From Batkoa obscura (taxonomy: Eukaryota): 64,000 nt of DNA. The position numbers and the translations under genes were made by a program. The DNA lies in NCBI GenBank assembly GCA_030770535.1, contig JASVEC010000013.1:868001-932000 (forward strand), written 5' to 3'. Under the pieces are notes generated by a model, which was not told where the DNA came from, ran no database searches, and worked only from the letters and a program-made list of their open reading frames with translations. Below are positions 54,692 to 64,000 of the stretch, piece after piece; position 1 is the first letter of the stretch; the number at the start of each line of letters is the position of its first letter.

Positions 54692-56672
54692 ATGTCTGAT
54701 TCAGCTAAACCAACTGAACTTAAAGAAGGTAATATCATTTATACCCCTCTTCCCATTCAACAAGTAACCTTTTGTCTATCTCTATAGTTTACGTCAACGA
54801 ACATAGTGGCTCTGATTCTACAGGTACTGGTAGCAAAGATTCCCCTTTCAAATCCGCTGTCCAAGCCTTTGAAAAACTTGGGAATGATTTAAGTATTTTT
54901 GTAATCAAAGTCGAAGGTGAAGATTATGCCCCCATTTCAGGCGCTGCATTAAAGAAGGCTAAAAAGAAGGCAGAAGAAAACCAAAAGAAAGCCAAAAAAT
55001 TATTAGGACAAGCTGAAAAATCAGCTGAACAAGATAAATTAAAAGCAGACCAATTGCAAAAAAAGATCGAAGAAGCTAAAAAAGTCACTTTAGAAGAAGA
55101 CAAATCTTTGGAAAAAGCTAATAGAGTAAGGTTTTTTGATTTTGATCAAATCATGTGAGAGGTACTAATATCTGTTTTTCAAATAGATTCAAATCCGTCA
55201 AAGTACTGAAAATCGTGGTAAAAGAATTAAAGTATCTGGTTGGGTACATCGTCTTCATGTTAAAGGCAAAGATATGATGTTTGTTGAATTACGTGATGGT
55301 TCAGGCTTTTTACAATGTGTTTTAACCAATAGATTGGTAACTTTAGTTAATTATCTTTATTATTTAATTAAAATTAATTCTTTTTGTAAAGTGTCATACT
55401 TTTGATGCTATTACTCTTACCCTTGAATCTACTGTGACTATTTATGGTGTTATTACTGAACTTCCAGAAGGTAAAAAGGTAAAGCTGGAGTTTATTTTTG
55501 TATATGTAAATATTAATAGTCATTTTTAGGCCCCTGGCAATCATGAACTTATTGCTGATTATTGGGAATTGATTTCAAAGGCTCCATCTGGTGATGATGC
55601 TTTTACTAATCAAGTTACTGAAGTAAGCAAAAATAAAGAATTCCACTATACTAATGTTCAAACTAACTTTAAATTAATATAGGATTCAGAACCATCTTTG
55701 AGATTAGATAAACGACATTTAGTTATTCGTAGTAAAGAAGCATCATCGATCTTAAAGGTACGTTCCAAATTATTAAGTTGTTTCCGTAAAACGTTTGAAG
55801 AAAAATCGTTTTATGAAGTCAATCCACCATCGTTAGTACAAACTCAAGTCGAAGGAGGATCCACATTATTTGCATTAGATTATTATGGCCAAAAAGCATA
55901 TTTAACACAAACTTCTCAACTTTATTTAGAAACTTGTTTAGCTTCATTAGGAAATACATATTGTATTGCAGATTCTTTTAGAGCCGAAAAGTCCAATACT
56001 AGACGTCATTTATCTCAATATACTCATTTAGAAGCTGAGTTACCCTTCATTACTTTTGATGATTTATTAGAACATATTGAAGATTTAATTTGTTCAACAA
56101 TTGATAAAATATTAGAAGATAAAGAAGCTAGTGAAATTATTAAAGAATTAAATCCAAACTTCCAAAAGCCATCAAGACCTTTCATGAGAATGGAATATAC
56201 TGATGCTTTAGAATATTTAAAAGAAAACAAAATTTATAAAGATGAAGAAAGTAAAACATTCTATGAATTTGGTGATGATATACCTGAAGCCCCAGAGCGT
56301 GCTATGGTTGATAAAATTGGTAAACCAATAATGTTGTGTCATTTCCCAGTAGAAATCAAATCGTTTTATATGAGAAAAACTAAACATGATCAAAGATTGA
56401 CAGAATCAGTAGATATTCTTATGCCTAATGTAGGTGAAATTGTAGGTGGAAGTATGAGAATTGAAGATTTAGAAGAATTAATGGCTGGATTTAAAAGAGA
56501 AGGTATTGATCCTACTCCTTATTATTGGTACAATGATGTTAGAAAATATGGTTCTTGTCCTCATGGTGGTTATGGTTTAGGAGTTGAACGTATCTTAGCT
56601 TGGTTATTAAACCAATGGACTGTTAGAGATTGTTGTCTTTATCCTAGATTCGTTGATCGTTGTGCTCCTTAA
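54692..56672 (+). CDS. DED81: Cytosolic asparaginyl-tRNA synthetase, multi-exon (leader intron 54599-54682)
   Basis: GWVHRL, LRDGSG, QTQVEGGSTLF, SFRAEKSNTRRHL, VGEIVGGSMR, HGGYGLGVER, YPRF..RCAP. Confidence 0.97.
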
Positions 56673-56770
56673 GAAAGTGGATTAAGGGAATTTTTTTATT
56701 CAAATAAATAGACAATTTGAAAGTAACATCTTAAGTGTATGATCTTTATTTTAAGATTTATTTGTTTTTA

Positions 56771-56874
56771 TATGGAGATATTTTTTTTGGTTTCATCACT
56801 TTTTGCATTTTTAAGTGCTACTTGAATGGAAAAATTGTTAGTAAAATTCTTAAACAAAAAAATACATCCCCATA
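56771..56874 (-). mobile_element. MITE-like element copy 9 (reverse)
   Basis: TATGGAGATATTTTTTTTGGTTTCATCAC...AATACATCCCCATA. Confidence 0.9.
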
Positions 56875-56935
56875 TCTTGATTAAAATAACAATTTACAAT
56901 AAAATTCATTTTATTTGAGCTAATATAATGCAATA

Positions 56936-57037
56936 TATGGGGATGTGTTTTTTTGTTTAAGAATTTTACTAACAGTTTTTCCACTCAAGTAACACTTAAA
57001 AATGGAAAAAGTGATAAAACCAAAAAACACCCCCATA
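56936..57037 (+). mobile_element. MITE-like element copy 10 (forward)
   Basis: TATGGGGATGTGTTTTTTTGTTTAAG...AAAACACCCCCATA. Confidence 0.9.
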
Positions 57038-57063
57038 TACAAAACCCAATTAATTTTAATAAC

Positions 57064-58536
<1,473 letters not shown>

Positions 58537-58814
58537 TTGGGTTGAGTTAATTAAAAAAATTGCTGTAGATGGGGATAGATTTTTTATTTAAGTTGAGTTT
58601 TAGCATATTCTATTTTAATTTGTTGGTTTTTTTAGACTATGAAATCAATATGTAATGTAATTTGTTTTAAATTGATTTTTTAGTATCTAAATTAAAACAA
58701 GTTTGATAAATGACAAAATTTTAATAAATTAATTAAAAGATATTTAATAATACATAGTATTTCTATCAATCACAAATAACTTATTTTATTTAATAAACAC
58801 AATATGATACAAAC

Positions 58815-59546
58815 TTAATATCCATCAGGTGTACCATTTTTTGCCGGTCCATAACCACAATTATCTTTATCTTCCGCTCCATCTGGACAATTATTAACAT
58901 GGCTACTTGACCAATAACGACATTGGTTTGAATGAGGATTAGCAACATCGCCACCTTGAAAAATGGCCTTTACTGGGGCATAAGAATAAGGTTGACCACC
59001 TTGTAATAACATATCGGAACAAGAAACATAATTAGCAAAAGCAGCTTCTTTATCAGCGTATAAAACACCACCCCCAAACCAAGTCCATTGTAAAGTAATT
59101 GGTCCATCAGGTAAATTATTAGGTATAATAAGATCGGTAGTACATTGAGTTGAACCAGGTCCATTTAAATCACCTAACATGGGGTCATGACTACTTTCCT
59201 TACAATTGGTCTCATAACATACATATTTTACAATATTATTATCAAAAGCAGTCAAATCATCACTATTGGCCATTGGAACAATAGCTAATCGTACAAAACC
59301 TCCAGGATGATTTTGTCTTAGCCAAGAAACTGTAAGTTTTTCTCCACGACGAACAATCTTTTTTTGAGTATAAGGTTGGTTATATGGAGAATCGGATTTC
59401 ATCGAATCACAAGCGGTCTTACAACCCCACCCACGCGAACAATACCCATAAAATTCTTTATTACCGCGAGGAGTGGGGTATTGCATATTACTATGTCCTT
59501 TTATTAATGACAGCCAGCTGATAAGTAAAAGGAGAGTGAAATTCAT
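58815..59546 (-). CDS. Secreted His-brace LPMO-like copper protein
   Basis: 17-aa signal peptide then HSNMQYPTPRG; second His in NHPGG; LQWTW and YVSCSD; Cys-rich tail. Confidence 0.75.
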   Translation of the reverse strand: MNFTLLLLISWLSLIKGHSNMQYPTPRGNKEFYGYCSRGWGCKTACDSMKSDSPYNQPYTQKKIVRRGEKLTVSWLRQNHPGGFVRLAIVPMANSDDLTAFDNNIVKYVCYETNCKESSHDPMLGDLNGPGSTQCTTDLIIPNNLPDGPITLQWTWFGGGVLYADKEAAFANYVSCSDMLLQGGQPYSYAPVKAIFQGGDVANPHSNQCRYWSSSHVNNCPDGAEDKDNCGYGPAKNGTPDGY

Positions 59547-60982
59547 TTTACGTATTATTAATGTATAAATAAATTTTTTATAAAATTAATTTATATAAAT
59601 AAATTAAATATTGTAATTCAGTGAAAGATTTCATCATCTATTTATACTATTTTAGTTGTCTTATTATTATTTTTATAATAAAAGAATCTCCACCTTCTTC
59701 TCCATTTTGAACTGAAAGTTGATAATATCTTATCGTGACTATTAAATTTTTAAATTTTTTCCTTGGCTTTGTATCCGTTAGCTATGAATAAATTCCTTTT
59801 ATTTTTCAAAAAAAAAACTATAATTAGTAACTTTTACCAACAACCACCAGCTCATCTATTTCTCCTTCCTGCCAAATACTGGGCAAATACTTTAATTTAA
59901 TTTATCTCATGTTAATTTACTGCTTTTGTTTTTGCATAAATGAATTCGATAATTAACCACTTATTACTTAGTATCAAAACATTTTAAATTAAAAATATGA
60001 ATATTCTGGTAAAGGATTATTGAATAATTGATATATTTAGATGGAAGTATTGAAAGTAAATTAAGTTATTTATTAATATAGAAAGTGGTAGAGTACAGAT
60101 GCTCAAGGTAATGAACGTTATAGTATCCTATTTTAATCCTTGTCTTTATTATCACCGCCTCATTTTATTATTTTATTATTTTACTATTTTATTATTTTAT
60201 TATTTTATCATTTTATTATTTATTACACGTTATAGAAAATATATGACTTAGTAATTTTAATATACCCTTTACAACCCTTAAAATCTTGGTAATTATAGAA
60301 TATTTTAAAAATACATTACCAACAACAACGATACTATTAATACTTTTATTATTAACTTAATTTGTTTAGTAGATAAAAATAATTTTTTTACCTTAAACAT
60401 TAATTAATTTTGTTTTAAAATACTAAATCCTATATCGTTGATTTTCATGTATCATATTTAAAGTATTTAACTGATATTTAAGTTGTCTAACTATACTAAT
60501 CTTTTTTTAATATCGGTTGAAATAATAACTGTATTTTTTTTTAATGTTACGAAGCTTTAAACCTTTTTTATGTATTAAATTATTTCTATACATAGAATAC
60601 AAACTATATTTTATATTAAAATTTACTAATGCGTTACTTTTTTGACGACACAACCATTTTTTATTAGGGATATATTGTAATTTTATTCATAAAAAGAGAT
60701 AAATAGATATGCAGGACAAAATAATGTATATTTAATTTTGATATATTGTTCATTTTTTAAATAGTATAATATTGTAAGAATTTTATTAAATAGAAATAAA
60801 AACATTTTTAAATCTTGTTTTTAAATATTTAAACTATAAAATATTTGACATCTTTAAACCGTACATATAGAATCTTTTTTATTTTATAATGAAAGAAATA
60901 AAATTACTATATAATTAAGATCAAAGTTTTAATTATAAATGGATTTTCTTAATATTGGTTATATCGGTAAAAAATAATACTA

Positions 60983-61382
60983 TGTGAAATCTGGTACTCA
61001 GGGTTTGGAGTCAAGAACAGCTATTGCTGGGTTGACTACACTATAAGTCAAAAGGTCTTAGTTTATGTGACTAAGATAGACTTGGGTTATGAGGAATAGC
61101 ACGTAATAGGTTACAAGCTATATAAGACAAATAGAATAGACAATACTAATGTAAAATCTATGTAAAATACTATTAAGAAAACTTAGTGGCTTTATTAAAT
61201 GTTCGAGATATCAGGGATTAATTCAGTTAAAAAGCCTCGAACTATTATATTCTGTAAACTCTTTTATACTCTGAAAAGTATAAGTATCAAAATGAGAAGA
61301 TAATATTCTTTTGGGTGGAACTAGAAATTCTCATAACAAATCAAAATAATTAACCATGGGACTGACAAAGCGATATTTCACA
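60983..61382 (-). repeat. 3' LTR, 400 bp
   Basis: 8-bp terminal inverted repeat TGTGAAAT...ATTTCACA, next to the PPT; homologous to 34645-35103. Confidence 0.9.
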
Positions 61383-61479
61383 TTTCCCTCCCTATGATTT
61401 GATATAGTGAATTTTTATGGCTTACTTACCGAGAACCTATGAGATGGAATTTGACTAGTTACAAATTGTATTCATTGAA

Positions 61480-64000
61480 TCACATTGCTGATTTGAGAAA
61501 CTTGGCATGGACTCGGTTATATATAACGCTTGTTCGTTTATGTTTAATTGAATAGCTATCATACAAGTGTTTATGTATGACTTCATATGGTCCATCCCAT
61601 TTCAATGCTAGTTTATTTTTTCTAGATTGATTATAGGAAGGGTACAGATGAACGATATCACCTACTTTGAAGACAGCTAGACGAGGAAGTCGAGAAATGT
61701 CTTGTCGATACCTCCTTGTTTTCGAGTCTGTCAATGCATTAAAGGCGTCAACTTGGATAGCTATTAGTTTTTTTGTTAGCTTAAGCAAGTACATGTCAGG
61801 ACTCATCTCTTCTTGTCTAACTATCAAAGGAGCGAATGATATGGGGAGTCCCGGATGTCTCCCATAAAGCATAACAAAAGGGGATTTTTTGGTAATACTA
61901 TGTACTGAATATCTATATGCTAAAATAGCAGAATGTAGATATTCATCCCAAGAGCTAGTTTTATCGAAAGCCAGCTTCCTTAATATACGTACTAGTGTAC
62001 CGTTTACTCTCTCAACCATTCCGTTAGTTTCAGGATGATATGGAGCTGCAGTAGAATGCTTTATGGCCATTAGTCTAGCTAATTTCGGGAGAACCAGGTT
62101 AACAAAATTGGCAGCGTTATCAGTAAGTATCACCTGAGGGCTTCCATGCCTACAAATAATATCCTCGTATATAAATTTAGATATGTGAAAGGAAGTCTGA
62201 TTTGGTATTGCTTTTGCTTCAACCCACTTAGTTAGATGGTCGATAGCTACAACAATAAATTTGTTCCCTCTTACCGAGGAGGCCTCACAGAGAGGACCTA
62301 TTACATCTATACTTACCGTGTGAAATGCATGTTTAGGTAAAATAAACTTATAGGCTGTAGCTTTTATTTTACTTTGTTCCCTCTTGCAAACATCGCAATT
62401 ATTTATAAAGTCTTCCAAATCTGGTATCATTGATTCCCAATAGCAGGAGACTTTCATAGTATCGTATGTTTTTTGGAAGGCTGAATGTCCACAGATTACA
62501 TCATGGAATTGTTGGCATGCAGATAGTCGTGAAGAAGGCCTAATATATGGAATATATGTTCCCTTAATCTTTTTATACAAGGCATTATCTCTTACAATGA
62601 TATTTTGAGCGTTTTTCTCAAGCCATTGTTTGAGTTCAGGCTGCTGCTGCGGCCATTTATCTTTATTACCCAATAGATTGTACAAATCATCATCTATGGG
62701 GGTAGCTAGACAAATTCTGGGTAACCTGCTAAGCCCATCTGCATTTTGATGATCTTTACCTGGTTTATATACTATATCAAAACTATACGATTGTAGTTTT
62801 AGAGCCCACCTAGCTAAACGTCCTTCAGGATTAGTGATTGAATACAACCATTTTAGGGAAACATGATCAGTAATAACAGTAAAGTGAGTGCCGTAGATAT
62901 ACGGTCTAAATGCCTTTATAGCATGAATAATTGCAAGGCATTCTTTCTCTGTTGTAGTGTAGTTCCTTTCGTGTTTCGACAAGGTCCTAGAGGTATAGGC
63001 TATTGGGTGTTCACAATTGTTATCATCGAGTTGACTTAAAACACCTCCAACTGCAGTTAGACTAGCGTCAGTATGTAGTGAGAAGGGCTTTGAGAAATTT
63101 GGAAACATCAATACTGGGGCGTTAAGCAGCTTGTTGCGAAGCTCTTCAAAAGCTTGTTGGTGTTCTTCCTTCCATTGAAACTTGACTTCTTTCTTTAGTA
63201 ATTGGAACAGTGGGGTAGCTAAATTCGAAAAGTCTTTTATAAACCTTCGATAATAATTCATTAATCCAAGGAATACTTGTACCTCCCGCATCGTAGTTGG
63301 GGGGAGAAGCTCCTTCACTGCATCTAGTTTATTTGGAATAGGGGCTAGTCCTTTGTCAGAGACTTTATAGCCTAGAAATTCCAAACTAGTTTGGAAGAAT
63401 GAACACTTCTTTGGTTTTAACTTTAGATTGGCTTGACGGAGGCGCTCAAATACTGCTTTAAGATGAGTTAAGTGATCTATAAAAGTTCTTGAAAACACAT
63501 TCAAGTCATCTAAGTAAATTAATACGCACGAAAGTTTAAGGTCACCTAGTGTATTATCCATAAGACGCTGGAATGTAGCGGGAGCGTTCGAAAGGCCTTG
63601 TGGCATCCTAGTTGGTTGAAATAGTCCTTCAGAAGTTATTAAAGCGCACTTTTCTTGGTCTTCTGGATCCATTTCTACCTGCCAGTATCCTGAGATTAAA
63701 TCCATTGCTGAAAAGTATTTAGCACCTTGTAATCGGTCAACCGCATCGTCTATTCTGGGTAGAGGGTATACATCTTTCTTTGTGATTTTGTTAAGCTTTC
63801 TATAGTCCATAACTACTCTATTAGTTCCATCTTTTTTCTTAACGATCATAAGGGGGGAGGCCCATGGACTATTTGAAGGAATGATTAAACCTAGCCTTAA
63901 GAGTTTTTGAACTTCTTCTCGTTCTGCTTTGAGTTCAGATTGAGATTTACGATATGCTTTAGTTGCGACGGGTAATGAATCACATGTATATACTTTATGT
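61480..64000 (-). CDS. Gypsy pol polyprotein (partial), uninterrupted
   Basis: SPWASP, DYRKLN, YPLPRID, YLDD, TDAS, RNY..TEKE, HHCC zinc finger, DDE core (D..GP, TDN, NG.VER), GPY; no chromodomain seen before the stop. Confidence 0.96.
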   Translation of the reverse strand, partial: HKVYTCDSLPVATKAYRKSQSELKAEREEVQKLLRLGLIIPSNSPWASPLMIVKKKDGTNRVVMDYRKLNKITKKDVYPLPRIDDAVDRLQGAKYFSAMDLISGYWQVEMDPEDQEKCALITSEGLFQPTRMPQGLSNAPATFQRLMDNTLGDLKLSCVLIYLDDLNVFSRTFIDHLTHLKAVFERLRQANLKLKPKKCSFFQTSLEFLGYKVSDKGLAPIPNKLDAVKELLPPTTMREVQVFLGLMNYYRRFIKDFSNLATPLFQLLKKEVKFQWKEEHQQAFEELRNKLLNAPVLMFPNFSKPFSLHTDASLTAVGGVLSQLDDNNCEHPIAYTSRTLSKHERNYTTTEKECLAIIHAIKAFRPYIYGTHFTVITDHVSLKWLYSITNPEGRLARWALKLQSYSFDIVYKPGKDHQNADGLSRLPRICLATPIDDDLYNLLGNKDKWPQQQPELKQWLEKNAQNIIVRDNALYKKIKGTYIPYIRPSSRLSACQQFHDVICGHSAFQKTYDTMKVSCYWESMIPDLEDFINNCDVCKREQSKIKATAYKFILPKHAFHTVSIDVIGPLCEASSVRGNKFIVVAIDHLTKWVEAKAIPNQTSFHISKFIYEDIICRHGSPQVILTDNAANFVNLVLPKLARLMAIKHSTAAPYHPETNGMVERVNGTLVRILRKLAFDKTSSWDEYLHSAILAYRYSVHSITKKSPFVMLYGRHPGLPISFAPLIVRQEEMSPDMYLLKLTKKLIAIQVDAFNALTDSKTRRYRQDISRLPRLAVFKVGDIVHLYPSYNQSRKNKLALKWDGPYEVIHKHLYDSYSIKHKRTSVIYNRVHAKFLKSAM

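Larger units (their letters stand above)
60983..64000 (-). mobile_element. Ty3/Gypsy LTR retrotransposon (3' part; runs off the window)
   Basis: pol order RT-RNaseH-integrase; polypurine tract AGGGAGGGAAA at 61383-61393 abutting a TG...CA LTR. Confidence 0.96.

Noticed and set aside
31725..57037. CRISPR-like or SINE interpretation of the 105-bp repeat
   Set aside because: Copies are dispersed in both orientations with TIRs, without regular spacing, A/B boxes or a poly(A) tail
60162..60224. (ATTTTATT)n tandem repeat
   Set aside because: Ordinary low-complexity microsatellite

Overview
Very AT-rich eukaryotic DNA with short (mostly ~40-70 nt) spliceosomal introns. It is most consistent with an early-diverging fungus (Zoopagomycota/Entomophthorales-like; inferred from composition and gene content, not proven). 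Bases 1-28 kb are a dense housekeeping block with no repeats that I could find: HSP70, CCT2, BUD31, YAK1, eIF5, two PPR genes, VMA7, LAMTOR5, a divergent HSP20-like gene, ACMSD, CDC42, a voltage-sensor-only protein, GPN2 and a REEP. Bases 28-64 kb interleave housekeeping genes (pinin, PRS1, a second REEP, mL40, HisRS, AsnRS, HEM2) with accessory DNA: a Cys-rich secreted protein, a P450, a GH16, an LPMO-like protein, decayed pseudogenes (including an Stc1-like one), a Ty3/Gypsy element with its 3' LTR, and a diverged solo LTR of the same family. The clearest unexplained structure is a ~105-bp MITE-like family with 10 copies. Eight copies sit as close inverted pairs, three sit in the same orientation just after housekeeping stop codons, and one interrupts a pseudogene in a way that suggests insertion without a target-site duplication. 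Other leads: a G-rich, G-quadruplex-like intron in the heme gene HEM2, a Gcn4-type site between head-to-head HisRS and AsnRS, an eIF5 poor-context uORF, and an Hv1-like protein lacking the proton-selectivity signature. Exon boundaries and alignments were read by eye; no database searches were run.
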